Source: Harriotta raleighana (taxonomy: Eukaryota). Taken from it: a stretch of DNA of 64,000 bases. The stretch is from contig JBNZDD010013684.1 of NCBI GenBank assembly GCA_050575255.1, forward strand, positions 186,001-250,000. The letters are read 5' to 3'. A model generated the notes under the pieces. That model was not told the DNA's origin. It searched no databases and saw only the letters and a list, made by a program, of their open reading frames with translations. Positions 37,750 through 52,190 of this stretch are shown here, one piece after another. Within the stretch, counting starts at the first letter, position 1. Every line of letters starts with the position of its first letter. Both the position numbers and the translations under genes were made by a program.

Positions 37750-40700
37750 GTAAGTGGAATTGCTTCAGACCACGCGAAACCTTAGTGTTGTTAGACTGTG
37801 TGGAGGCTCTGGAATTTCAATGAGACAATGACATTTCTGGTAGCAGGGACTATAAAATGGTCGCATTCAAAACAATATCCATTGCTTCTTCGTGTTGGTC
37901 AGTGGGCAAACTGGGAGTATAATTTGTGTTTCAATTATGTCACCAAATTGGATCAGTTACGAAATGTATGAGTCAACATAAAAGAATTGAAATCCAAACC
38001 TAATTTGATTAGAAACTAGGATTAAAAAATACAAATCGCAATCACAGAAAACTCTGAAAACAACATAAAGGGAAACCTATAAATATTATCTAATATTGAA
38101 AACCTAAGTTTTTTCAATCGAGTTTAGATACCTAGTTGGAAGTTCAAGACCCCATGTAACTATTTGATAAGAGAAAGGGGTTTCTCCAGGCTTTCTACCC
38201 AATAATCCCTCAATAAAAACTGGTCACTCATTCTAAGGTTATTTGTGGGATTTTGCTGTCCACAAACTAACTGGTTGTCACATTTCTCCCACAGAATACA
38301 CAGTCAATCCACTTTACAGAATTATCCTGTAAATGAATGACTGTGTTAGAATTAAAAACTATTGTCATATACTATTTTTGTGGTTTTAAAATATTATTTA
38401 AATATATTAGATTTTTCCCTTAATTTAGTTTTCAATTTTTCTCATTTAAGTGCGGTTTGAATATAATCCAAATTAACTTCCATAGAAAGCTTTCTGATAT
38501 CAATGCTAATTGTACACTGCAGGTTAGGACTGTCAAGGCTTAAGTAATGTTTATGAGGGGCGATGGATGATTTATTGAGCCAGAAAAGATTTATAAAGCT
38601 ATGGATATTGTATTGTCTAATTGTTTTCTCACTGATAAAATGCTGTACAATTGTTCAGTTCGCTTATCTTTCTCTGTATTTTGTCACACTTATTTTAGCC
38701 GTGCTCTGTGATGTGTTATGAAGTTTTGAAGCATTTTCCACTGAGTGTGAGAAGCTTCACATTCATCTTTATGTTGAACTGCCAGTCAATTGAAAGACTG
38801 TGTGTGGAGTTAATAGGGTGCCAGTGATAGTTACGGTTGTAGGCTTGTTTACTGAATGGCTGAAGATTGGGAAGAGAAAACTGAAGTGAGGTCAATCCCA
38901 AATTCCAATCATTATTGGGAAGGGTCATGCTTCTGTATTGGACTTGATTCTTGGTGTTTTTCTAAGGTGTTGTCTTCAATGTTGGTGAGCCCTCTAGGAT
39001 GAGTGCTGATGTGATGAGAATCAAATAACAGATGCCTTTATGTGCTCGCTGCAAACAGAAACCCACTGAATGCTCAAACTATTGCTGTTACAATGTTCTG
39101 GTTACGTTTGCATGCACGTTTTTGCATCAGGGTCTTGGGATGTCCTTCTGACGTGAAAGGTGCTCTAACAATGTAATTTTGCTGGTGTTGTTGTTGTTGT
39201 TGCAAGATGATCTTGCGCCTGAGTGAAAGTTGCACTTAATCCTTCACTAGAGTGTATTGAACATAGGATTTGGATGACATATTAACAATCTACAGTAAAC
39301 TTATCTCAAGCACTCACTTCAGCAGTAATTTTTTTTGCAGAGTCCAGTGTGACAGGAAGGGAATTAAGTGATATCTATAAACAGCTGCAGAATATGAATA
39401 TATATAACTACAAATTGTTAAAATTATTACTTTGCACGAAAGATGAATGGAACATTAGCAATTTTGCCCTACATTCTTAATATGGGTGGATGTTATGCTC
39501 TGATAATGTTAGGGACATTTATTATATTTGTCAATGAATCTAAAAACATATTTAATGGCAATGTAACTGAATATATCTGCTGGAAGTTCTTTCCAATCAC
39601 CATGTCCCATCTCTTTCAACTCCTGGCTGGATTTCTCGACTGTCTGTGACACTGAAGTGACTGTGCTTAATATGAAACATCTTGATGTTGAATTAAAAAA
39701 AACTGTCTCTTAGCGTCCTGAAAGTAAACCAGCACGGCCCATGGAATGAGTTAAGTGTATTGCTTCCGAGTTGGTTTGTTTCTGCATTATGAATATCATG
39801 TGTTCCTCTGCCCTGCCTGTCTGTCAGATCAGTGCTGGCTCTGAATGGGGTAGGTTAGACCTGGAAATCAAACTGTGATGAAATATGAATAATGTTAAAA
39901 TCAATCTGAAGGCCAAATATGTTTTATATTTATGAATATTAATAGTGGTAGATTTTCTCCAACATGTCAGGCTTACATGGAAAATAATGGGAATGAACTT
40001 GAGACACTTGTACAGTTAAAACAAGTTACATGATTAACTGTAATGCAAATGCATGTAAATGAGAAGAGTTGCATTTATTATGTTTTGGAAGCCCAGTCGG
40101 CCTCCAGCCCGGCTTTGTGAACGAAAAGCGAACTCATGTTCGAATCAAATCTCATAAGGAATAGATTAATACAAACCGAGGTTTGTGTCATCGAGAAGTT
40201 GATCTGCATTGGGTTTGAGCCTTGTGAGATTTGCTGAAGATGCCTTGTACTATTCGAAGGGTTATATTTATTTGGAGGTGATCAGTTCAGAATGGGAATA
40301 ACTGAGAATGGGAATAGCCTCCTGAAGTTTGGTGGTTAACATGCAGTTAATATTACTGATCAGGGCGTGTTTGTGTGTTTGACCCATAGCCGGCCTGGGG
40401 CAGGATGAGTAATATTTACCTTACATTAAGACTGCCTTGTGCCTCAAGAATGTATTAGGAAGAAACTTTATTTTTAAACAAAGAAAACTTTTAAATTGCT
40501 GTTTCCAAATCGGAAACATAGATTCAAAGCAACGTGAAAGCATGTTGAGATTACCGAAGTGTTCCATATCCTAACCATAAAACACTGTTGAGCCTGGAAT
40601 GTATTATGGTTGTGGCTGTTAACATATTCTAAAACAAGGTCTGACAATGCTGCCTCCAGTCATTGCTCACAATATCTGTGTTGCAGTAATTGGACATTGT

Positions 40701-42456
40701 AATGTTAATAGCGAAGCTCACTAAACTCTTGCATCGTCAGCTATACCATAAACAAAGTGAAAGCTTCTGTTTTATAGTCCGTAGCACAATGCTTCCAGCA
40801 ACTAGATGAGACGCTTTCAATGTAGTTCATCTCCTTTTTTACGGCTAGTTTGTTTTTATAAGTATGTTTCATATTGACAAATTTACTTACACCTACGTCA
40901 ACGGGCAAAATGTCTTATCAGACACATGTAAAGAATTTAATGAACATTATTATCACTACAGTAACTAACATTAATAAACAGTGCAGTCATTTTCAGCGCA
41001 GTTGCACTGGACAAGCAGGCTGTAATCTAAATAACTTCAGGGACTTTGCAATTTCTCCTGTATTATTTAATGAGCTCACAGCTCATTAACCAGTGAGTGT
41101 AAAACTTTCCTTGAGCTTTGTTAACTACAAATTGTTCAAATGGCAATGTAGAAACACTTTGAAAAGGAGACGATGAAATATGTCCTATCGGCCCCAAAAC
41201 AACAACAACAACAAACAACACAATTACACTTGTATAGGGCCTTTCACATCAAAGCCGTCCTTACAAGTATAAAAGAAAAATGATTGAACGGAAGATCCTG
41301 ACAAGTTCTAATGGAAAAATCGACAACTTTGATGTTAATAAACGCTGCACGGACAAAAACAAACAGATTTGAGCCCTTGTCTGTGGTGAGCTGATTGGAG
41401 GGCAACTTCTGGTCACTGCAGTGTAATGGGCTTGTGAGGGTGAATCATAATCCAGTGGCCCCTGCTGTAAAGTACTGTATATGGACACTAAGCAAGTACT
41501 GAATTGGTCTTTGGTGTGATTCCCTCCACCTCAAACACTGCTGATCCCCCACTGTTCAGGCTCATATTCTGTCAGACACTGAAGGGCTACCAGTAACCAT
41601 GTAACAATGTCTCAGAATAAGTCTCTTCCTTTGGGAGAGGGTGGGAGAAAGGAGGTGAAAATTAAGGGGAGAAAAATAAATTCAAGTTGATGTACTTATA
41701 CACTATTATGATGCTATTTACCATGTACATGGATGGAGAGATTGTTTTCTGTGCGCTCGGAGGGGCTGTTGGCACATACCACATCCTTGATGTGCGATGA
41801 CATTCACCAAAGGTTAACAATATCTCATGATGTCATTACTGAGGTTTCGTTGAGGAATAGTAATGACGTCAGTGACAGAGAGTTCAATCACCCACATATT
41901 TTGTTGGTAGCTCTGCATCAGGAACAATAGGAGTCTAAGATGAGTCCTGACTAAATTCTGACATAGGAAGCCACATTGATAAGACTGCAAATCCGTCCCA
42001 ATGTGAAGTAATCTTATGTTTAATATTCAGCACTGACTTGTGCTCATCCATTGCTAGTAGAATCAGCATCTGTTTTTCAATGGAAAAGTGAAGGAATTCA
42101 GGTACTGAATAAGTATCAGACCAGTTGTGATCCTACTTAGAATAATATCTAATAATAATGATAGCAATTTGGCTGCCGCATTTCGCCCCTAAATATACAC
42201 CTGGTTTTCTTACTCTCTTCCCCCTACCCCGACCCCTCCCCTTACCCTCTTTCCCCCTTTCATCCCTGGCCCCNNNNNNNNNNNNNNNNNNNNNNNNNNN
42301 NNNNNNNNNNNNNNNNNNNNNNNNNNNNNNNNNNNNNNNNNNNNNNNNNNNNNNNNNNNNNNNNNNNNNNNNNNNNNNNNNNNNNNNNNNNNNNNNNNNN
42401 NNNNNNNNNNNNNNNNNNNNNNNNNNNNNNNNNNNNNNNNNNNNNNNNNNNNNNNN

Positions 42457-42504
<48 letters not shown>

Positions 42505-42609
42505 CTCTGGTCCCTACTTTGGGATGTTGTCGTATTTTGTAAAGCGCTTTGGGACATCGATAAGATGTGGAAAGTGCTATATTAATCTAAGGACTATATT
42601 ATATTATAT

Positions 42610-43150
42610 CTAATAATAATCCTTGCATTTAATATAGCGCCGTATCATGTTGTTGTGACATCTCAAAGCACGTCACAGAATATAGTGGAAAGTGAATTGA
42701 CTGTATATTTTGTGGGACAAAACTTCTGCTTGTTACACTTTTGTTGGTACTGTCCTGTGGACAACAAACAGTTTGGACTTATCTAGTATCTTTCATATAG
42801 GGAGAATGTCTCAAAGTGCTTTACAGAGACTGAGTGGGAGCCCAAGCTAGAAATCAACAGAAAGACAGTAGGCAAAGTCGTAACAATAATAATAATAATA
42901 ATCACGTTGAGACATCTCAAATTGCTTCACAGAATATACTGTAAAGTGGAATGACTGTGTATTCTGTAGGCGAAATGTGACGGCCAATTGTGCGCAGCAG
43001 TGTCCCACAAACAGTTGAGGATTCAGTGTCCATATTATTATTTTTTTAAAGGATTATTACTCCAGTGAAGCAATCTGGCTATTGATTAACAACTAGGTTC
43101 CTACTTACTGCTAGACAAACAGCGGCGCGTGGAGTAAGGAAACTTGCCTA
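42610..43150 (-). mobile_element. Minus-strand SINE fragments (42610-42720; long subtype 42905-43150)
   Basis: Reverse complements of the tail, the body (CAGCAGTGTCCCACAAACAG) and GTGGAGTAAGGAAACTTGCC. Confidence 0.75.
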
Positions 43151-46124
43151 GGGTTTTGTAGTCAAAGAGAAAGTTTTTGTGAAGGGTTTTCAAAGCTGAG
43201 AGGGGGGGTTGGTGAGGGAGACCGATTTGGGAAGTAGATTTTGGGGATGGGTGGAGGGAAGCAAAGTGGCTGGAAGCTCACCCACTGAGCACCCGCCTTA
43301 GTACAATATTTTGTTGTGTATTTGCAGAGGCTGATCACTAGTTGCTAAGGCGTGAGAGCTGTAGTTGACCAAGAGAATCTCTGCTGTTTCCTGTCCTGCT
43401 GGGGTTTAAACCAGAGGGAGCGGCAGTGTTTCTGTCTGGATACACTTGCTCCTTGTGTATTTACATGCACTTGATTGTTACCAGCTTAGCTGCGGGTTTA
43501 ACCCAGTGGGTCACAGGACGTGGTACAGGGATAAACTAAAGGCAAAGTCTGCATGGTCTTTGCATGAACTAAAGAATATTTTTTTCTTTCTGTTTCCTGG
43601 AGTAAATGGACTTAGAGCAGATGTTATGCCTTGGTGGGAGATCTTTTGCTGAGTCTAAGCACAGGGACATCTGTCATGGACTGTTAGACAAAAGAGGGGG
43701 CTTTCGCTCATCATCTCCACAGCTTATAGGGAAGAGAGATTTTGGAAGAGACTTGATGGGAAACATCTCCTAATTTATGCAGCCCATTTACCCCTGACTA
43801 TTTTGATGGCGCTAGGAGTTTCTTTCTTCACTCCATTTCCCAATAATTAATGTAGCAGCATGAACAGAATCACTTAGTCCTGTAAAGACAACATCATCCG
43901 CGCACTCTCTGTCAACAGAACCTCCGAGCTCGACTGAAAGTATATTTTATATATAAAAAAACCACAGTGGATTTGACTTTGAACAGGATGCCCTGTGGCA
44001 CGTGAGAAAGGTTGTCGGAACACAGCGGTTATCATGTCCCTGGATTCTGTAATTGTATCAGTCTCAGTGACTGGAGGGCCCGAGGTGAAGCTTTCCTTTG
44101 TCATTAATCACCTGCTTGAAATATTGGGGCATACAAGAACAACGTGGTCCGCAAGGCAGCAAAATCCTCACTTTGTCCCTGTGTAGCCTGTCAGAGATGG
44201 TGAATGGCGCTTTGTTTGCCTCAGGGGTCAGGATTTGTAAAGAGCTCATTAATAGATAATGAAGTTTTTTGGGGTGATATAAACAGTGACGGGACTTTTG
44301 GTCATTGTTGAATGGATCTGGCGGCTGAAAGAGCAACTGGGTGGCAAACAAGGGACTCACTCACAGTTGTGTTCCTGTGACTTTGATCTCTTGGAGTGTT
44401 TGTTTCCACTCGGGAGTCTGTCAGCCACTCACTGATGCCGTGCCAGCCTCAAACACTGAGATCCTTCCCATGAATACATTCTGAGAATCCTCCAGCAAAA
44501 AAAAAAAGAAATCATTTAACTCTTTCTCCGTCAAAGAGGTTAGGGCGTCCATCCACGTGAGTGGGGAGAAGCAAAGCCAGAAGTCAGCATCTTTAAGGGG
44601 GAATCTTGAGCGAGTTTTTGTCAAACTCCAAAAAGTTTGGTTTCGCATTAGATTTGGAATTCAAATTCACAAGACCACAGGGAGGAGAAGGCGGCCGTTC
44701 GGCTCTTTTGATCTCATCCTTTAGGAATATCAACCCTTTCATCTTCCCATCCCAGCATCAAGCTGTTTCTCAGTCCAATATCCCATCCTCATCCACCTTT
44801 CTACCTGTTGATAACCCTCTGTGTCAATAATAATTCTAAAAATAACCATTGCATTTGCTGCAGCGTCACATTGAAACATTTCAAAGTGATCACAGTTTCC
44901 TATAAACTTTAGTGACTGTACATTTCGGTTTAATAATAATAATAATCCTTACATTTGATATAGCACTTTTCATGTCCTCTAGACATCTCAAAACATTTCA
45001 CAGATTATACTGTAAAGTGAATTGACTTAAAGTATTTGCAATGCTTCCTAGTCTTTGTCCTGATATTTTTTCTTTGCAAGCTTGAACATGTGCTGTCTAG
45101 TGCTTAAAGTGAAGAGTTATATATATATATATATATATAACTCCTGCTTTTGCTGCAGTGGATCCACATTTCAAACCCACATGTCACTTAGAAAACTGTT
45201 TGCTGGGTAAAGGTTGAGAAATACGTTCCATCAGTGCATCATACAAAACGCTGTGTTGAATTAAAGAGAAACTAGAGTCAAACAACTGAAAAACAGATAA
45301 CAGGAGCACTCAGCTACAATAAAAACAAGAATAATAATAATATTTCAAGCCAATATTATCCACAATGTAAATTAAAAATTCAATTAAAAAAAGATATTTC
45401 TTTCTCTCCAGTGTCTACTCCACTCAATTAGACAAAGATGTTGGAGGCAGCTCACACTGTGAGTCTATCATTTTGTTAGCGCTGAAATCAGTGTGCTAAA
45501 TTAAATAGCACATTTCTCCCTCCTTTTCCCATTTCTCCTGCCCCCCACACCCACACATACACACTGTTCCTTTATTTCTTTTTTTCTCTTTCCCTCACGT
45601 TCAAACTTTAAGTTGGAGTAGGGTTATTAGTTGATCGCTTTACTGGAGGTAATCCTTCCAAAAGTAAACATTAATAAAAACAGAATAAGTATTTGGTCAC
45701 TCAATCCGTGACAAACAACTGTAATAAATTCAATCCACAATTGTTTGTGGGACACTGCTGTGCGCAATTGGCTGCTGTGTTTTGCCCACAAAATATACAT
45801 TCAATTCACTTAACAGTGTGATGCGCTTTGAGACACTTCAAAGTCATGGACTGAGTGTCAAAATTATTCATTTATTTATTTATTTGTTTGTATTTTTTTA
45901 AGGGATGATTATCTGGGAAATATGAAAATATTGTGAAGGTTGTACTGTAATATATGTGAGGTAATGTTTCTAAAGAATATCCTTTTATTTTGCATGTTGA
46001 AGCAGCCCTCTAATACCTAAGTTTGCTCTTGAAAGCTTGACATCTTTCTGTCAATGGCTGCCATTGTGTTCCCCTGGGTGCACAGAGGTGAAGACTGACT
46101 GTCAAATCACTTGCAATTATAAAA

Positions 46125-46590
46125 CTTTACAGCACAGAAGGAGGCCATTTGGTTTAATGTGTTTGTGTTGGCATTAGCCCACCACCCCCTCACTGGAGCT
46201 ATCATCTATGTTAATCCCATTCTTCTACCTTTTCCCCATACTCTTTAATATTATTTTCCTCAACGATTTATCCAATTCCCATTTTAGAATTTAGCAGGGA
46301 CTTGGCTTCAACAGTGACTTGTGAAACCTCTGTGTAGGATGATTTTTTTGTAATCTCCCCCTTTTCCATTTGCTGATTATCTTCAATGTATTGTCTCTTG
46401 TTTACAGGCTCACTAATCATCGGGAAAAGCCTCTTCCTCCATTTACTCTATCACAGCCATTCATAATTTGGTAAACCTCTATTAAATTCCTCCATTAACC
46501 TTGCTTTCAACGGTGAAAATCGTCCCCACATTTTCAAGTCTCTCCTCATATCTGTAACCTCTCAAGCTTGATATGATCCTATGAATCTCT
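46125..46590 (-). mobile_element. Degenerate CR1-clade LINE 3' fragment (related ends at ~32140-32350 and ~44670-44830)
   Basis: Shared terminus TACAGCACAGAAGGAGGCCATTTGG; the minus strand contains a decayed TRGH.LKI..RKNFFTQRV-like region. Confidence 0.6.
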
Positions 46591-47274
46591 GCTTCTATTG
46601 AAAATGTGATTCTGTTTTAGTTGGGATTGAAAATCCAAACCTTATTTTTGTTACAGATTGCAAGTGTCTAAAGTAGAATTTATTTTGTGGGAGGAGGGAA
46701 GGAATTGTTAACTGTGTTAGGTTCACATGTATATTTCTTCCTACTCCCTCCACATACCAACAACAAACACAGTGAAGTATAATTTAATATTGCATTGTTA
46801 TCCTGTAATGGTGAATGAATGAATGGACCGATCCTTTAGAACATAGTTCAAATCCCCTATGTGCGATTCAAAACGTTTTAAAAAGTAATAATTCTGTTGG
46901 TAAAATTATTGTTTCCTAACAATGGAAGTTTGGCTTAGAGAATGCAATTTTCTGCTCAGTGGAGCGTGTTTTTAATTTTGTGGTTATTGTAACCTTCGAC
47001 CTTCCTTTCATCTCTCATCCCCTCAGATAATGTGGTTTAAAAACAATACATTTAGTGTTTCACATACAGTATTACCTCTCTGACCAGGCAATATTTAATC
47101 CTAGTTGGGAGTGTGCAATAAGCGTAGATCTATATATACATAGAGAATAGATCATGCAACAGGTTGTAACAGGCAGCCAATATGATAAATAAATAACCCT
47201 TCCATTTGATAAAACCCCTTATCACATCTTCGAGATGTCTCAAAGCGCTTCACAGAATACATTATTATTATTAT

Positions 47275-47480
47275 TAAATGGTCACGGAGCATTGTGTGGG
47301 AGAGGACACCAACTGCAAAATTCTCGATGATCTGCAATCTGTGGAGGGAGGAGTAGGAGAAGCTGACAAGCGAGGAGTTTGCATAGTTAAGCCTGGATGT
47401 TGTAAATGCATGTATGAGAGTTTCAGGAGCCTGCAGTGTGAGACAGTGGTGGAGCCGGGCAATATTGTGGTTGGAGTCAT
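47275..47480 (-). mobile_element. L2-clade LINE ORF2 fragment
   Basis: The minus strand reads approximately SRLNYANSSL..SLHRLQIIENFAVGVL, resembling the L2 motif SRLDYCNSLL..LHKLQ.IQN.AA. Confidence 0.65.
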
Positions 47481-50419
47481 GGGGCTGAGGTTTCAGGAGA
47501 ATAAGAATTCCACTGAATAGTATTTTTAATTGAAAAATGAGCCATTACGTGCAACATATTATAACAACAACAGCCTGCCTTTGCCCTTGTTGGGCCAAGA
47601 CACTGGTTGGTTAATGCACCAATCTTCATGGTGTGCACTTAGACAGTAATATGATTTCCCCTATTCTAACTAAAGTCAGTGAATTTACAAGTCACTTTAG
47701 TGACCGACAGAATTTGACCAGGTAAGGCTTCGAGGGAGGTTAAAGGAGAAAGGGAGACTTAACAAACACTGGCATGATCCTCGGAGTATTCTTGTGCTGT
47801 TTGTAAAATCTATTGTGTTACATCAACTGCAAGAATTATCGTTGTAATAGAAACATTATACTGTATTTTCTTGTTATCTCACAGTGATTAGTTTGTTGCA
47901 GGTACAGGAATATGGTGGTTACTGGTGACTTGGAAGCCAATCATTTAATGCAGAGGTTCATGTATTGCTTAATAATGTTTATCACAAAGTTTCTGTGAAT
48001 CTGAGGAATTTAGATGTTATGTAAATTATGGAGAGAGAGAGAGAAACCTCAGAATCTGATTGAATACAAATCTCCTTGCCATACACCCAGCAATCATTTT
48101 ATTGTCAACATATGTAGATTATTGACCCTATGGATGTGTTTTGACATAACTCATGTAGGTGATTCTTTATTGATCACAATACAGAGTTATGGACGCTTGG
48201 GAAGGAATTACAAGGCTGTAATCCAATCTAGGGATGTGGAGGTCCTGGTAAAGCTGTGAGTGAGCAGTGAGAGCAGTTTATGAACCCAGAGATTGGATTA
48301 TGGTCTTTTGCTCCATCCAATGTGCTTGGTAATGTTTCCAATATTAAACCCTTGTTACTTAAAATGAGCAGTTTTCCCATTGTTATAAACTGAATGGCAC
48401 TGAGTGAGATGCTGTGAATGGAGAGGAAGGTCATAAGGATAGAAGAAAGTGACATGTAATGGTACTTTCTCCATCAGTTGATTAGCTTGTGTGTGGATCT
48501 ATGTGTATATACACATACTGTATATATATGAATATTATTACTGTCTGCCTTTGTATGATTCGCTATTAGATAACGAAGGATGTCTATTCTGTAGCCTAAA
48601 TCGATTGGCATTGAAGTGCAATGATTGTTACCATTTCCTCTCTCTCTCCTTAGATGGGTGGTGTTTTGGGGTGGGGTGGAGGGGTTGGGAGGGCGGGTGA
48701 GAGGAATTAAAAATATCCTTCAGCCTCCTCTGTGGTGGAAAAAGATTTGAAATGATCCGATAAGGTTTGTGCTGTCAAGTAAGTAACCCGTTCTGTGTGA
48801 TAACTATCACAAATTAATTTGATATTATGACCGGTGTAATTTGAAGCAGTCTCTGTACCCTAAAGTGGGTCTGCCAGCTTTCCCCTTTTTGCCCCAAGGT
48901 GCTCATATAGAACAGCATGACCCCAAAGTTACCCCAGGTTTGCTAGCTTGTGGACAGGATCCTGTCACAATTTGGGGGCAATATTCGGAAGAGCTGTTTA
49001 GAGAGTGGGAACTCAAATGTATTCCTTAAAGCTTGTGAATTGATTCCGCGGATATTCACAAGATGATAAAGGAGCACGTGTGACATAACGTCTGTTCAAC
49101 AATAATCTTCTCAACACATTTCAAATGTCTTGAGGAGTATGGAGATTGTTATGCATAGGAAACACATTGATGTCTTTCTGTTGATAATGAATCATTTGCA
49201 GTCTCCAATCCAGGGATGTTGGGCTGTTCAGTGGGTTGAAAAAGACCTTGAACAGGAAAATTGCTGTATAAATGGCACCACATGCTGGGAGAAACATATA
49301 TTTTTGACATAAATTGCATCTCTTGTGGGAAATCGCACTGATCTCATGTTGACCTGGAAGATTTTGGAGCAGAGTTCTCACTAACATTCGTATTATAGGG
49401 GCGGGTTTCCCTGAAGGAGGCAGACTTCACATTCCTCTGAGCTTGTGTGAGACGAGATTTAAACTGTGGTTTTCCTGTCAGAAATGGGTTGTATAACCCA
49501 TTGTATTGTCTTGAGAATAAAAAGTGGATAGCATGAAAACTGTTTTGAACAGAAGAATTGAGGGGATGGTTGAATATTTTGGGAGTGTTGCTGGATTACT
49601 TTCAGGATTCAGGAAAAATCTACACAATACTTTTTCCCAATAAATAAATTGGGTGGTGTGAGAAAATAACAATGGCAATACAGTACTAATAATATTGCAT
49701 TTGATGTAGCTCCTTATCATATTGTCAACACATCTCAAAGCTTTTTACAGGAAATACTGTTTGACTATATATATTGTGGGCAAAATGCCACGATAGAGTA
49801 GGTTTGTATGGTCTTTGGAAGACTGTTGTTTTATTATTCCATGCTTTCTTATATTCTTACTTCAAAATTATGATCTTGTTTCTCCATTTGTGCAATACAT
49901 TCATCCAAAATAAATAAAGGATAGGAATCTTTTTTCCAAGGAACTGTGACGAAACTGGAGTCTTAAAGCAACTAATGATCTTCCCTATTTCGGGATGAAT
50001 AGGCCAATTTTTACTTGTCATGTTCTGTTCTAATTAGATGACTGTTGGCCACAAAATTATGCAGTTCTTTGAATGTAGTCAAATTAATTATTCTCTTGAA
50101 GAACGAAAATGGGGGGAAAAAAAAGCAAAGATTGCTCGGCTACTTTGAGTTCCTCTTACAGATCTTAAGCAACTAGTCTTCCCGAATATGGGTACTGTAA
50201 CATGCAGCACGTTGTAAATTTTTACTACCTACCCTTCTTAAAGTTGTTGGCCAGATTAACCAGCGATCTTGAACCTGTTATTTTAAATAGGCCAATGATT
50301 AAATCAAAAACACTGTGCGTCCCATATTGATTTACTCAGGCAAACTTCTTCCTCATATCTGCAAACCGCCTGCTGTGAATTCTTCTAAAAATATGTGTGC
50401 TATAACTAATAATAATCCT

Positions 50420-50690
50420 AATCATTGCATTTCATATAGCATCTTATCACATTTTCGAAACATCTCAAAGCACTTCACAGAATATGCTGTAAAGTGAATT
50501 GACTCCATGTTTCGTGAGAGAAACTCGGCAGCATTTGTGACAAAGTGACCAATTTATTCTTATTAATTTTTTGAAGGAATTATTGGAGTGGAGTAAGGAA
50601 ACTTGCCCATCATTTCTCTCTGCCTGGGAATTGAACCCAGGTCTCTTGGTTGTGAGGGGAGTGCTCTAACCACTGAACTACAGGACTCCA
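50420..50690 (-). mobile_element. tRNA-derived SINE, minus strand
   Basis: Reverse-complement head GAGTGCTCTAACCACTGAACTACAGGACTCC at ~50660-50690, and tail at ~50425. Confidence 0.85.
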
Positions 50691-51766
50691 CAAAAATCTA
50701 TTTGAAAGGAAATTTGAATTCTATAGCAGCATTAGTGGGCAGCTAAAATAAGAAACAAAAAAGTCTTTTTCACATTGCTTTTCAATTCCTTGTTATCAGC
50801 TGCGTTGTGGGATAATGTCAGGATTATTGATCGATATGTTTGGTGACATTATGAATATACTGTACACTGTTTGAAGAGACTTGGGGAAATAAAACATGCA
50901 TAGCATGCAGTTAAGGCACCATTAATATGCCAAAATACGCTGTATCTGACATTAAAATTATTTTGTTTGAAATTCTTCCAAATGCTTAATTGTACTTTAA
51001 AGATATGTTAAGCTCCTTGACCATTTTACATATACAGTAAATCCATATTTAAATTTACAAGATCAATGCATTTTATTTTCGAAAAAAAATCCAGAAACCT
51101 AATTTTGGAAAGAGAAATTGATGAATGATTCGGAAATTACCTAGTAAACATACTAATACAGTATGTGGATTACAATTACCCTGAACCAGTTCACAAGACA
51201 GAGATGACTTTTTCTCAAGTTGACATTTTCTTCCAAGGGGAATTCAATTCAATAAACTGAGCGAGCTCGCACTATCAACCAATTAGCAGGATGCTTGTGG
51301 CTGAGGTTGATTGTGCTTTACATCCTTTGTTTAAATGCCACCAAACGCAGTCAACAACAACAACAATAACTTGCATTTATATAGTGCCCTTCACACAGAG
51401 TAGCTTCCCAGAGACCTTGACACGTTCACATGTTTGGAGAGTTCATGGGTGTCAGGTTGAATATGTTGTACTTTATAGGTGGCTGCCTATAATGGCCAAA
51501 GTTGACTAGCAATTGAACATGCGGTGCTCAATTCAAACTACGAGTCTCTACTCTTGCATGAAATATAAATGCAAGTTGTTGTTGCTATTGTTTTCTACTG
51601 GTGAAAGATGGACCTTTTTATCATGCTGAAAATCTCAACGCATGTCACGGGCAATTCCTGTCAAGTGTGGTGACCAAGTGTAGTATAATGGTTGTTTTTG
51701 TGCACTGCAAATGATGGGGAAAGTTAATGGTTGAGAGAAGTCATAACACTTCATTTAGTATTTGTG

Positions 51767-52190
51767 TGTCAGCCTAGTGCAGTGGTAGCACTCGCTCAAT
51801 TTGAGACCAAAGGTTGTGGATTCAAGCCCTATTTCAGGATTTGGAATCACGTAATCTAAGTTGACTCTCCATTGCAGTGCTGGTCGTGTGTTACATTATC
51901 AGAAATGCCATCCTTGGGCTGAGATATTCAAGTGAGGTTCTGTCTGCCGGTTCAGGTTGACGTTAAAGGCACCATTTGAAAAGAGAAGCGAATTTCTCCT
52001 GGTGTTCTGGCCTACAATCCCCCCAAATAAAATTGCTCATTGAACTCCATGGCAGTTTATGGGACATTTCTGTGTGCAAATTGGCTGCAGCATTCGCCCA
52101 CGAAATACGCAGTCAGAATAACTTGACAGTATAATCCTGTGAAGCACTTTGAGATGTCTTGAAGATATCAAACATGAGGATTATTAATAT
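51767..52190 (+). mobile_element. SacSINE1-like DeuSINE, near full length, diverged
   Basis: GTCAGCC..CAGTGGTAGCACTCGC..AAGGTTGTGGATTCAAG..CAGGTTGACGTTAAAG..ATTTGAAAAGAGAAG..TCTCCTGGTGTTCTGGCC..GCAAATTGGCTGC follows the shark DeuSINE layout as I recall it; no database search was run. Confidence 0.65.
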
